Shown in pieces: positions 12,303 to 33,028 of a stretch of 64,000 nucleotides of DNA. How positions within the stretch are numbered: position 1 is the stretch's first letter; each line of letters opens with the position of its first letter. Source of the stretch: Acanthaster planci (Eukaryota); assembly GCF_001949145.1 (NCBI RefSeq), contig NW_019091355.1, positions 866,083 through 930,082 of the forward strand, read 5' to 3'. The notes beneath the pieces are model-generated. The model worked only from the letters and a program-made list of their open reading frames with translations. It was not told the origin of the DNA and ran no database searches. The translations under genes were made by a program, and so were the position numbers.

Positions 12303-14804
12303 ATCTCGAGTATATTCCAACATCGATTTATCAGTAAATGGAGCTGAGTTGGGTGAATTCGATTAGCTTACACGTGTAAGTCAAACTTACGCGAGAGCGT
12401 TCGTTTAGCCATCACGTGATCCTCGTGCGTACCCTGGTGTCAGCCACCACAACCCCGGCTGGCGAGCGGGTCTCTGGAGGATGCCCAAGTGTAATGACGT
12501 CACAGATGGACTGTTCGAGCATGGATGTACATGATGAAACGTGGCGGGACTTGGCCTTTTTCCTAGAATGCCTTGGCGAATACACTGCAGCGTTCGATTA
12601 GCCTCATTTCGAGGCTTCCCTTGCATGTAACACTAGTGTATTCAGGGAAGCTAATCTATTCAGGGTATTCAGGAAGCTAGATTTAGGTAATCATAATATA
12701 CATGTACCTGTATAGTTTCGGTTCAATATCCACTGAATATGTTATGTATTTACGTTGCCTAGTATAAGTAGGCCTGTACTCTATGTATATTTAGGGATTA
12801 TTTTGATAAGAATCTTGTGATTATTATTCTAAAATATGCTGTATTCCAACAGTCAATGCTATTAGGTAGGATAGAGATGCTTAAGTTATGTTGTAAGCAT
12901 TAACAATAATTCTTACGCTACTTGTAGGTTCACAGAAATATCCTGCTAGTCATTCTTCCAATGACGTCAGAAGGCGAATTCTTTTGAGGTGGGCAAGTTT
13001 TGAATTCTGCCATAAGTATCGTTGAATGAGGTTACAATAATTCTAGCCTTTCTTTCTGTTCACATCATTTTTGTCCAATCTATCACTCTTTCATCATTTT
13101 CTGTGAAAATTTAGAAGTACACCTTGAACGAGCTTTGATTGATTACAGTAAATCAAAGTAGGAAGATTAAAGAATTATTACACTGTGGATGCTGATCCTT
13201 ATTTTCAATTGACTGCTTTTCTTTCAAGAATTCTAAGTGGTTATAAAGTTGAAGAACAACTTTATACGACTGGAAGTAACTATTAAAGTCATTAACTCAA
13301 ATCAGATTATGGAGTTAGGTCAGGCTTGAAATTAGGTTAGATATTTCTTGGTTAGAGCAGCTTCTTGCCTGTATGTATTCTTGATTATACACGTCTTTGC
13401 ATAAATGTTTAATAGCTTCGATTTTATGATGAGTGTTTTTATATACCAGGCAAGATATGGGATGGAGGGGGTACCCCCCCTTACCTGTCCAATCCCTATA
13501 CACACTCTAGACTATTGTTACCTAACACCCTCCCCCAGAAGTCTGTTAAGAGTTCCTGAGATTCCGATCAAACAATGACCAACACAAAGGCGGTCGGGGG
13601 TTCTCTCCGTCCCATATCTTGCTTCAAATTTGTTTTTAGATTGTTTTGTGATTTGAGATTCATTGACGTTGAACACAGGTTTTATGGTTGCACCATTCCG
13701 GCAGTGTCATGCACAGTGTGACGCAGTGTGGTGCACAAACCGTTATGCACGGGTTGCCTAAGAAAAAGTGACACTGCATAGCATGTCCTCTTGTTTTTCC
13801 GATCTACAAAAGACAAAGGAGGGAACAATTGTAATAAATGTTTGGAGACAAGCAATGCTATACGAAGGAGAATGCTGCATGCTGTCATTTAAAAAAAAAG
13901 AAGAAAACAGACGGTCTCGTCCTCGAGTTCTCTTTAATTGGGTCATTTTGTTGCTCTTGAAGGTTACTAGCTGGTGGCAGACTTTGAAGTCGGTTTATGT
14001 TGTCCTTGGAATGCACGAAGGTTGAACAAGTTAACATGGGGCCAGCAATGATTTATTTGCACGGAAACCGACAAAGGATTTTTCGGGATCATAATTACCA
14101 AAACACAAGTACGCCAAACGTTTTTTACATTTGCTCTCAAGGACCACTGGAGTCTCAGGGGACAGAGCGATGGCGCTGGTACAGAGTACTTTAATTGAAT
14201 TGCTTATGGTGGACACCTGCACCCCTCACTCCACAGTCCCCGCCAGAAAGACCTTTCTCCCGCCCTGACGAACCACGTGATCAGAGCTAGAGGTAGTGGC
14301 ATATCCGGGCTGGGGGCATGAGATCCCCATTCAAGTTTTTTTGCTCTCTGAAAAACGAAAATACAGTACCCACCTATATTAGACAATTAGCTCTCACAGA
14401 GCGTTAAATCCTCATTCCCTGGGGTGCAACCGGGGAGGGGTGCCGAGCATCATTAGCTATTTTGGAGGTAAATCCCCCACCCACCCACGCGCCACTCTCT
14501 ATTAGGATTTTTAAGTTTTTTGCTCTTTAAATATTTTAGCTGAACAGTTTGCTTGGTAAACAAGAAACAGGGCCCGGTACAGTACAACCGTACAATGGAC
14601 AAGGTTGCATTCTCAGGCTATTAAAACTTGCACAGCAATCACACCTGCTTGTGTTTCCAGAGAAGATTTACGCATAACTGACGAACAATGAAATTCTTTT
14701 CCAGGCTTGGTCAGCAAGAAAATTCTATTCAAATATTGTCCTTGGTCTGGCTGGTACTGTATCGCACAATGTGTTCGAGCTGGACCTGTCTCAGCACGGA
14801 GCAT

Positions 14805-14813
14805 TCACGTGAC
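14805..14813. promoter_or_regulatory. CLEAR-type E-box (TCACGTGAC) upstream of the saposin-like gene
   Basis: TCACGTGAC lies about 230 bp upstream of the ATG at 15045, with a GC box at ~14862 and a second CACGTGA at 14274. Confidence 0.4.
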
Positions 14814-15044
14814 CTAATCAATAGAATATCCAGGTAAAGGTTTGCGTAACTTTTCCTTGTGTCCCGCCCGTTCGTTTTGCTATTTAATGTTTGGTGCACC
14901 GTACCGTCGAGGTTACTCATGTTGCTGCAGGCAAATAGAGAGGACACGGTAGACACTTTGCCAGGGATTGGAAGGCGCTGGACTGGACTGGAGCATCACA
15001 AACTGTCTTAGTATACGGGAAATTTTTCTGGAAAATTGGAGAAA

Positions 15045-17765
15045 ATGGCTGCTGCGTATTACTGCGTGTTGGTTGCTACTCTTCTTCTTGCTGCCGTGAA
15101 CGGGCAAGTTGGTAAGTCATTCACAATCTTAGGTTAAGATATTTTCATGTAGCCGTCTACCAACCATCTTCAGCTAGTGTAATTGCTATTCTGTCGGGGC
15201 ATAACTACCCATTTCGATACGCTTTACTGGTCCATGCTTGACTAGACTTTACAAGATGTCACGGGGCGAAATGTTTGCTAGGCAGATTTTCACACAATAC
15301 ACGTTTTTGAATCACAGAACGCACAAAAAAGACAACATTGAGGGAACACGAAGCGGCACGGTCCTGTGTCGGTATCACGTCCGCAGCCTTGAGGGTGTGC
15401 GTGGGCGGAGTATTGCGTGATCTGAAAAAGGTGTCTAATGACGCAAGCAGTTTTCTTCTTTTGTGTTGTAACCCTGCGCTGTAGTGTACAAGCACACGAT
15501 ATAAGCCTCGTCAAGAAAACAAATCTTGCAATTTGAAAGAAGAGAAACTTGAACGAGAGAAACTTTGGGCCACTCCTTTTCATAATGCATAAAATATGAG
15601 GCATAACTTTCGTTTTCAGAACGTATGGACAGAACAAAGGCAATGTAGGTTTTGGAGTTGTAACGCAGAAGGAACTATTTTCACGGGTGTCCCGATTTCA
15701 GATGACATAGGGTAGCTGCACTGACATCTGGGAATGCTTGCAAATTTCATAAACCGTCGGCTTCGTGCTATATCAAAGTGAATCGGCTGTAAAGTTCGAC
15801 AGTTTAAAGGAAATGGAGAAATGTGCTTTCAATTGAATTTACAGTCGCGTACCGTGAGCATTATTGCAATGAGATCTACTAACGATTTCGACAAATGTGT
15901 CCAAAACGATAAACATGCAGTTATTTATCTTGTTCATTTCGTTTTCTCATTTCGTTTTTTTTCTTGTTCGAGCCCTACTGCAAGTTGTTTTCCCCAGATT
16001 TGACAGTGCTTGGATTTTGAGCTTGGCACTTTTGACCTCCAGCTAGGGCAAATTTTTATATATTTCCCACGTTTGAGAAAAAAGATGGAAATTATGCCTG
16101 GTGTGTTGCGAGACGTTTCCAAGGACAGTTGGAGAAGTCTCCAACTCTAGCTGGGATAGTGTTGGCTTCTGGCGTTTCTTTCATTCATTTGTTGAAGTCA
16201 ACTTGCCGTGGAAAATCAAGTGATTTAGGGAGGGATGAACATCTCGACGGTAATGAACTGACTCGGATGTTAGAAATTGTTTTGATTCGTTGTGGCGTTT
16301 CCACCTCAAATGGCTACAGCAGTGCTTGAACCCCACTGTACAATTTTGTGACCGTTTCTTTCTTTTGAATAGACGACGTAACGACGGATGCTGAGCCACA
16401 GATGAACGTGGAAGGACTCCGCCCTCTTGGTAAGCTGCCAATGTCGAGGATATTCTCATGTTGTTTGTCGAATTTACTTTACTGCACGATACCTTGTTAG
16501 ATCTCACTGCAATGTTTACTTGCATTTTTTTTTCTGTTTTATTGAAGTAGGGAGTATGATTCAGAACGTTCAACTGTGCTCGCTCTGTGAGAAGGTGATC
16601 GGATTCCTGAAGAACGTTACTAATAATAAACAAGTCTTGGTAAGTTACACAAAACAAACTTAAATGGACCATCACTTCGTCAGGTTATTCCTGTGAATTT
16701 GCAAGCTGTTGTGATTTGTACATGTTCATTATAGCTATGCTTAGTGGCTTTGGTAGTTGAACAGAAGTTGAAGGATTATGTAATCTCTTGAACAGCACAC
16801 GTGAGACTTTTGTCAAGCGACTCGGCAGCGGCCAGCGTTGGTAGCTTGCATTTGAGACTGGAAACCTTTAATGATGTGAAGGCACAACTCGCAGAATTTT
16901 CACATTGTAATTTAGTGAAGGGATTTTTTTAGCAATAACTTGGCTCCTCCATTTGTGCGTATTTTAGGAAGAGCTGGTGGAGCTTTTGTTACCCGTCTGT
17001 CAGTGGGCGCCATACTCTCTGCACGGTGATTGCATCGAGATCGTCGACAACATACCAGAAATGGTGAAGAACTTGACAGACATGTACTTGGTGAGTTAAT
17101 GGTCAATGCTTCATTGCTCGTTATTTAAGAATGAACTCGAAGATACTTTAGGCAACCCAAGACTTTCCGATGGACCTTGGATCCGTGAGAAATTCACAAC
17201 GCACAGAATCCCTGGCTCTATCCATAGAATTACAAGGGTTTGCCGTAACTTTGTCCAAAGCCATGACAGTGAAAAGAGAATCGGTTGCCTCTGTAGATTT
17301 CTATCAAAGAGAAGTGGCGATCCTTTTAGTTCTTCCGTGCAAAATGGTCATTATAGTAGCATTCTCAAATTGCTGACAACTTTTGGTTCCAAACGACTGC
17401 TAGCATCCCTCTCCTAACTTCACATAATTGTAGTGTAAATTGAAAGCATTATCTACAATTCTACATATTAATTAATTACAATTCTACACTTCAACAAACC
17501 ATAGTTTAAACGAAAATAACTGCACTGGTGAAGGGACACGAGGAGTTGGTTTCGAAAATATTTGGGTTGCAACAATCGGCTTATTTTAAAGCGTAGGTTA
17601 AGGCGTTATAATTCATTAAAAATTCACACCTGTTTCCTCTTCCAGGACCCCAAGAGGGACTGCGCCTATGTCTGTCCAGAGCAAGAAATCCTGACCTATG
17701 AGCCTTATGCCGCTCCCATGGCAAATATCCTGAAGTTGATGCAGGAAAAGAAGCCGGGGCACTAG
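15045..17765 (+). CDS. Secreted saposin-B-domain (SAPLIP) protein, 5 exons, 152 aa
   Basis: Exons 15045-15111, 16373-16429, 16548-16639, 16968-17090 and 17646-17765 are GT-AG and in phase (459 nt). They give MAAAYYCVLVATLLLAAVNGQVDDVTTDAEPQMNVEGLRPLVGSMIQNVQLCSLCEKVIGFLKNVTNNKQVLEELVELLLPVCQWAPYSLHGDCIEIVDNIPEMVKNLTDMYLDPKRDCAYVCPEQEILTYEPYAAPMANILKLMQEKKPGH*. This is a signal peptide plus the six-Cys saposin spacing. Confidence 0.88.
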
Positions 17766-20638
17766 GAATCGATTGGAAAAGAGGCTATTGGCAACTAGAT
17801 TACGTTTAGAGAAAGCGACTAGCTATACAGAAAACATGTAGTTCAACTTTGAACAAAATATTTTTGACTACCTTTGAAACGTACGTGCGTGACTTGGGTC
17901 TAAGGTTTTTTCCATTTCCCCTCATTTACTTTTTTCTTAAATTTATGATGTAAAAGGGTTCAGAAGTGGAACCTTTGTCACAGGATGACTTTTCTTTAAC
18001 TTGGGCTTTTATTCTATACTGTGGCTTCAGTTTCACAAATCCCCCCCCCCGATTTTGAGAACTGTTATCTCTTCGGTGCAGTCGATGTTTCCACCAAACG
18101 GTTTGTTCTGAGGTCGAGGTTTAAATTAATTTCCTTCTTTGAAGTTTTATTCTCGAGTGCCAAAGATAAGTCAAAACGAAGCTTGGAGAATAAAAACTGT
18201 ACAACAAATGTTTGGGGCGCTTTGAACAAGAAGGAAGGTTACTTGATGTCGAATGAACTCGAACGAACATGTATTATGCCAGCTATCGATCTATTGATTG
18301 TTGCTGTCTGCGCCTAGTCCCAACTTGAAACCACTTGGCAAATTCAAATAATGAAGACTAAAAGCTCGCACGTTTCGGTTACTTTTTCAGCAGATTTTTC
18401 ACAAGCCAATCGGTTCACCAAATTGATTAATGACTTTTTGATCCCTTAGAAACGCAACTTGGCAAGCTCATTAATTCCATTTAATAACATCGTGGGTTGT
18501 TTAATATCCAAGGTCATCCTTTGAGCGGGAAGAGCTGTTGTCCAATGTGCTTAATCGGGGGAGCTCTGGGATATTTCTCATGAAATATTAATTACTTTGA
18601 AACTTCAACAGTGCGGATACAGAATAGGCCAGTGTGTTGAAGATTTCCATTAAAAATTTTCTTTGAGGTCTAAAGAGAAACGAGCCTTGTATGTTCTGCT
18701 TTGAAGTGGAATTTCCAGGAAAATAATAAAATTGATATGTAGTCGCTTCAAGGCCGTGGTTGTTGCTGGAATGATTGCATCTGATTTTTTTTTTACAACA
18801 TTCAATGCATGTATCTTTATCAAGCTTTGTTAGTGACTTGAGTGTAGTAACTTGAACACACTGAGAAACTACGTCCACTTTGTAACGGGAATCGAGGGAT
18901 CGAAAGGCAAGATGAGTTAACTCTCGGAAAAGGGACATTGCAGATATATCGATATAAATGACAAGATTGTATAATGCCCCCCATGTTCACAAACCTTGTT
19001 GGAATTCATGCGTTTCCCCCCGATGGTTCAAACCACTTTTTTCGGGGGGGGGCGGGGTCCGGGCAGAACACTCGTCAGCTTTTTATTCTTTTTTTCCCTT
19101 TTATAATTTTCAAATTTTCCATGGCACATACAAATTTGTCTTCAGCTAAATGATAAACTTTTACAAGTGGACCAATTCAGCCGTTTTTTAAAGGTAAACT
19201 TGTGTCAATTTTAACTGCCAAGCTTCCAGACGTTCTTGAATTCGGGTTGCGAACAGACCGGTATATGGAGCTATACAGAATCCTATAAACCCACGGGATT
19301 TTTTTATATGACGTCCGTGTATAAACCGCTCAGCTTGCGAAAAGTGAAGTGCGCCCCCTTGAGCAAATGCGAGTAGTAAACGGCCTGCATATTTGGACAG
19401 GATAACCCGCAACCGCGTCCGACGCGCAAGAGGGCATCCTTCGACAACCCCAGGGGCAATTCAGATCATTAAAGATGAAAGAAAGCCAAGTTTATGGACA
19501 ATTCCATTTCAAAGTGAGGGGATTGAAACTCTCGCTAATTAAAGGTGGGCAAAAGATAAATTTACACACAAAAATTATTATTAAAAATCCCTGGATATTC
19601 CGAGGACAAACTACGGTTCTTCAAGTCGATACAGTGCCCCTGACCATCGACTGACCAACGACTATCGAGCAAACCAGTAACTAGTTATGTACCTGTCAAC
19701 TGCTCACTGTTCCCAGCCACTCAGTGCCTGTTCCTACAAGCCAAGCAAGGGCGACTTTGGGTCACGCAGCCGTCACAGCTGAACGAACGGTTTAAATTGC
19801 TGCGTGTGTGCTATCAACTGAACTCCAATATTATTTTGAAGACCACTTATTTTTTTTAGACCTGAGTCCAACCCCTGGATCCCTTAATTTCTGACTCTTT
19901 CATGATTTGTGGACAGAGAAGACTACGTGCATGTGAACAATTTTATTCCCGAATGAAAGAAGTGAAAGCTCAATGCCAGCGTTTTATAATTAGTTTGCAA
20001 CACTGCCGCGCCATTCATTCTAGTTTGACCATGGTTTGACCGACATGTGCATGTGATTGGCAACGCGCCGCGCGTTGCAACCTCTTGGAAGCAACACTAT
20101 TGTGAATCGCCCGTACGCTAATGCTAAACTGCTCCACAAAATAAAACAGTCTTAACAGAAGAGTTGAACATAATCCCCGCGGTGGATGACAAATACAGGA
20201 AAAAAGATAATGGATGACTCGCGGTGTCGTGTTCAATTAGTGCGACAATCAACAATCTCATAATCAAAGTTAATAGAGATCCGAATAACAAGATAAATGT
20301 AAAACAGTAACATAATAAAACCCCACTGACCAGCAAAACAAGGGAGATCAAACAATAACCAAACAGATCGTATCCTCAGTAAAATGAAAAGTTAAAAGGG
20401 GGCCCGGGGTAGAACGTGGCACTAAGAATGATACAAGCAACCGTGCTGCCACTCAGTAATTGGACACGTCGCGCAATGAGCATTCAATCATCTCAGCTTG
20501 AACTATTATTGCTGCAAACTCAGTTGGCAGACCTCCAAAACGGTCAGGAAAAGTCTACAGTACCCTGGGAGATGTAAATCAGGGTGGTAACGTAACTTCT
20601 GAGCTCTGTGATCCGATTCGCTCTCTTCAGTAATTTGT

Positions 20639-20682
20639 GCACGTAGGCCAAAATTGCAGCGTACACATCCGCACGTAGGCCA
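20639..20682 (-). promoter_or_regulatory. Tandem HRE-like motifs upstream of HIF1AN
   Basis: Exact 12-bp direct repeat GCACGTAGGCCA at 20639 and 20671; the reverse complement TGGCCTACGTGC contains the TACGTG HRE core. Confidence 0.4.
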
Positions 20683-20917
20683 CGCTCGCCGTTAGCATGG
20701 CAGGTAATGTTTACATCGGAACGTCCCCAGTATCGACGGTGAGTCACAGTGACCTGTAGTGGGTAATGTAAAAGAGCACAAGGTTGAAGTTCCCACACAA
20801 GTCGTCGTGGACTTTAACGTGTGTTGAGCGGTCACGAAGTGACGACCCTCTGAATTCAACGAAAGCTGCGGTGAACATTTCAAAGAAATCCATGCATTAA
20901 CCTGCAACTTTTTTGAA

Positions 20918-28177
<7,260 letters not shown>

Positions 28178-31100
28178 AACCCTCAACCTTAATCTGGAGG
28201 TACCTGTATCAACCCCAAAAATAACAAAAGCTGTAAATAGATGAACTAATGTCGACACATAATCACGCAAATTATCGTGCTTGTAATATATATGAAAAGC
28301 ATCTCAGGTTGTTTGTTTGTTTGTTAATGACGTAAGCTGGCGATACTTAAAAATGGATGGTTACACTGCTTCTTTAATACTTAAGCTGTGGTTTCTGTCG
28401 TACCCTAAACCGATTTGGTATTCTGATGGCCATACTTATTTGTGGTATCTTTTGCAATTATTGTCAGTTTTGCATGCACGAGTTCAGTCTCTTGAGCATG
28501 GCTGTACACTAACTTTAATACTAACAGTAAGCATGTCAAAACTGGTCACTGAAACACCCAGCTGGCTAATAGGCCCACAAGACTGGCTCTAACGTTACAT
28601 ACCTAGTGTGGACTTGTGAACAAAAGATGTCCAAACGATGCAGGAAAAGAAGACGTTCCGTGGACCTAACACGTCCACAGGACGTTTCCCCTTCTCTGAA
28701 AAAGAAGTTTAGAGGCATTTTGGGGTTAGGGTCATCGTCGTAAAAGGAAGAGGAACAGTCATGGAAACCTTTCACAAAAATCCAGCTGAAAATGGTGTTC
28801 CCAGTTCAAGAAAAAGAGTTTTCTTAACTGCACGAAAAGAAAGGAATGTCCCCAGTAGGTATGTAAGGTACATGTAAGTGTGGGTGAGTTCACAGGGGTG
28901 TAAATGTCATAGGACACCAATTTGTACTTCATCCACTTTGGAAAGGGAAGCGAGGAGATTCCAATAACTATTTGGTATAAATGTGCTACAGCTTGCAGCA
29001 TGAAAACTTGCCTTGCCATTACAGATTTGGGTTTAGTTTAGCACCGAGTGTAAACTGGCCTTTTGTTGTGAAATTTGAGCAAACGAGCAACACAGGCAAA
29101 GGCAAAAATCTCTGATTGTCTATAACTGCCACCTACATGTATTTGTACATGCTAATAATAACTGAATCAGTTTGGAGTGCTGAAACAAAGCCTGGTTTAG
29201 GGTGTGTTGAGACACGACGGATGAATACAGGTAGTTACTGCAATTAACAACATTGTTTTAATTTGTATATTCAAAGGTAAATTTTGAAACGTTCCTATAT
29301 CCTTACATATGTGTGTAAGCAATTTCAATGATTATTACTTACTCGTAAGAATCTTATAAATATTGTTTTGAGAATCTTAGGAGGTTCTTCTTGAAAAAAA
29401 ATGGACGGAATGTAGTCCAACCATTTCTGGTCGAATAAGTTTTTGAGTCCAAGTTTGATGCACAGTATGGTTAAAATGTAGCAGTGTCCAATCTCACTTC
29501 TGAGAAATGGGATTTTAAATGTATGCAAGTGCTTGTTAAAGTCTCTCTATTTTTACCACCTCAAATAGAAATGTTCTTGTTTCTGGACCTTAACCGTGTC
29601 ATTTTACATTAGTTTAAAATGTCCAAAATTCTAATAATTATTTTTCTGCTGAAATAGCTTAACATTAATGTGTTTGCCTATAACGATAGTTTTGCTTGTG
29701 AATAGCAGTTGGTATTAGCATCAAAAACAAAAAAGCACCAAAATGAAAATACCACTTTAAATGGCAAAACAAAAATTGAAACCGAAGTCCATTTTCAAGG
29801 ATTACATGCAAAATTATGTTGCATAGGCCCTTATGGCTTTAAAATGTAAATTTACTGAAAAAGGGTTTCTTATTTGCTGAAGTAATTTCGTCTCAATCAG
29901 ACTGAATTCAATTTTATGAAGACAATTTAAAAAGAAAAATATGTCATTCCGTGTTGATGCAATTGAGGATGCCTTCTGCATATGAGTTAGTTATTTTAAT
30001 CTCAAGTTTGACATGACAAACATGGCTTGTTGTAGTGCTAGTCAGTGTGACTTTTTCTGAGCTTTAGATAGGCAGATTTCTATACTTTGTATGTATTGTG
30101 CAATGATTTAGATATGTGACGGCAATAAGACTGCTTTTGGTAAATGTAAAGTTATAGTTACCAACATTTTGCAGTAAAGTAGTGGTTCTTTTTATAACTC
30201 TAAATTCCGATGTAGCCAAAATTTACCATGCCTCCACACTTGCTGTAAAAAACAAACTAAATATACGAGATGCAGTGTTTGTAAATGTTAAACTCTAATC
30301 AGAGCTGTTATTTTATTGTCATAGCAGAAAAAGGGATAGAAAGGCAAGGAAAGCGGCAAGGTATTTTGTTTGTATTGAAACCTTCTGAATATAATCAGAG
30401 CTAATTAATTCATATCATTTTCAAAAATTATTTTCTGGAGTGCTCCATGCACTGTTTATCAAGACTCACAACAGACGTTGAGGAATTTCATGTCAAAACG
30501 TCAACAAGTTCTTGATAAATTCAAAACCTGCGTTCTGTCATGATTACAGACGAATCCTTGAATTGATTGTAAGCAACAAAAAGAACAGCCCTTGGAAAAT
30601 AACTCGTGGATTGGAACTATCCACATTTCAAAAGACCCACATCACGTGGTGCGACCTTGGTTTCAAAAAAATTTTCGCGCATGCGTATTTCGCAAGCTTA
30701 TCTTCAACGTGTTTTTCCGTTCGACGGGTAGACTAATTTTGAATCGGATAATTTCTCCCTTTTACGTGTGCATCCAAATACAAAAACCACTTCACGACAT
30801 TTTAGAGCAGTTAATGAAGTACAATGTACTTTAGCACAGTATATTGCAACTTGGGACCTTGTTTTCGTGATGATTCTATCTCTGAATCTCGAGTCTGCGC
30901 TAGTGTCGGTGAACGTAGACCTGCCTTCACGACATCATGGCGGAAAGCGTTCGAGTTCGTTGATCCAGCCGACGTTCCACCCTATGCAATACTGCTGGCA
31001 GATATATCGAGGTGAAGTATGTGTTTCATTATAGCGTATAACGAGATGGAACTGTAGTTAAAGCACACTTGTGGGAACCTTGGGTAGAAATCGTGGGGTC

Positions 31101-31837
31101 TTGAAGAAGAATTTTAACAAGTGTTATGAAAAATGTACTGCATTATGCCTCCACTTTTTCCATTAATATCTCTGGGAATGAACAAAATTCAATTTTTAAC
31201 TTAAAAGATCAAATGGCATAAAGCTGCGACTGAAAAATATCAAATCTTGGAAAAGATGTTGAAGATGCACTTTACTCTCAGCAAACTTCGTATCCAGAAA
31301 AAAATGGACTTGGCTTGCTTGGGGGGGGGGACATCACCAGTTCGAGGGGGGAAACTTCCAGGGGAGGCAAGGCATTCATTTGGTAAAATTGATCAAGATA
31401 ACAGTTCTAGGAGGTCAAGTTTGAGGTGTCATTCAAGTAAATTTATTTTCATCCCAGTTCTCTCTTCATTTCTTTAATCTCCCTTGTGTCATTTTTCCCA
31501 AGGGAAGGGGAAAGCTCCCCTTATGCCTGTGTAGGCATGTATTTGTTATTTTCTTTTTTCCTCAATCTGGATTTTTTTGGGGGGGAGGGGGCATAATTTC
31601 AAAATGTGGTGACACGTGGCCTGGAGCAAGGAAACGGGCCATAATGAGTAAAGAATTTGTGATCCCTGGGTATTTTCCTCTATGAAAAGCTTACATCAAA
31701 AATGCTAAGTTCTAAGATGGCGGCGGTCAGCTGAGAGATTCGTGAGCCAGAGAATTGTTCATTAGGGGTCAAGACTTGAGATTATAAGCCAGCATTAATT
31801 TCCATTCTTAGAAGAGGAGAGATACCAGAACAATTCA

Positions 31838-32353
31838 GAGGCCATTGCAACAGTTGAGGAGGGTTGTTGCTTTGAAGAAATTTTCCTGACAGACAGTGGC
31901 ACTGCACCACAACGTCTTCCAACTGACAGTCCCATCTGCTTTCAGCTTATCCACTCCAAGTAGGACCAAGAGAGGGTGCTGTTTTCTTATCAACAGGCTC
32001 CTTTGGTGGGAACTGCACTTGGCTGGTTCACAAACAAATGAAATGCATGCTGCGCTACCAACGATATACACACTCCCCACCAACATGGCTCTTTTCAACC
32101 AATTAAGGGGTGCTTCTGTTCAAGGCGAATACCATGTGATTGATGGTGTAAGGCTTGTGGAGCCAACAACCTCTACTGTTCTGTGGATGCATTCATCTTG
32201 CCGTGTAGAAAAGGACTGGTTTAATTAAGAATAATTACAATGACAATATGCCGGCCATTCTGTCCTGATTTTGTTCTTGATCCTTAGATCTGGATTCTAC
32301 GGCTGATTCTGATTTTGATACTGATTTTCAATCTGATCATGATTTTGAATTTA
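31838..32353 (+). mobile_element. Decayed transposon-like ORF with a Cys-rich (CXC-like) C-terminus and acidic tail
   Basis: One frame with interspersed stops reads PQRLPTDSPICFQLIHSK*..GTALGWF..GCFCSRRIPCD*WCKACGANNLYCSV, followed by an acidic DLDSTADSDFDTDFQSDHDFEF stretch. This resembles the C-terminus of Academ-type transposases (inference). Confidence 0.35.
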
Positions 32354-33028
32354 AATTCTGAGCATCACCATGATTGCTGTCTTGTTTCTGATTACCATGA
32401 TCAACAAACTTTTGAATTGATGTGATATTCCTTTATGAGAGGGAGTAAATAGAATGGCTCCAAATTTAAAAGAAAGGCCTACAAAGAATTTTTGAATTGC
32501 CATGACTGAAATTCGACTTTCAACTTGTTTTATAATGATTGTGGCATTACATTCCATGGAAAGTTGAGGTTTTAGAGTCAGAGACTGGCTGTATTTTCAC
32601 TGAAAAATGACATTTCTATTTCAGAAAATATTAGAGAACTAAAACTTTTGTTAGGCCTGTTACTTTAAATCGTGTGATGAATAAAAGTGAATGAGGCAAG
32701 AATGCATAATGATTGAGTGGTCTGGATTTCAGGTTGTGTTAATAGCCATCATCAGCATCTTCAATTTGAAGGCCAGTAACCAGTCTGTTCTGGGTTGGCC
32801 AACTTTCTCTCTGCAGCTGTCGTCCACTTGCCATGTCTGCAGCATCCCCACACATTGACTCCATTGATGAGCTGGGCCGGGTGTTGCATGGTCACCAATA
32901 GGTGTGGGCTCCCACAACTGATTTGGTACACCTCTTGACCAAGCTGGTACAATCCTTGCCAAGTATCAATCTACGTCGACCTATTCCTCAACACAGCGCC
33001 GATCCCCTCCACTCCAACTTTTCTCAAC

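Noticed and set aside
20124..20351. Hydrophobic minus-strand ORF resembling a membrane protein
   Set aside because: It has a non-ATG start, the hydrophobicity follows from T-rich composition, and there is no supporting exon structure or recognisable family.
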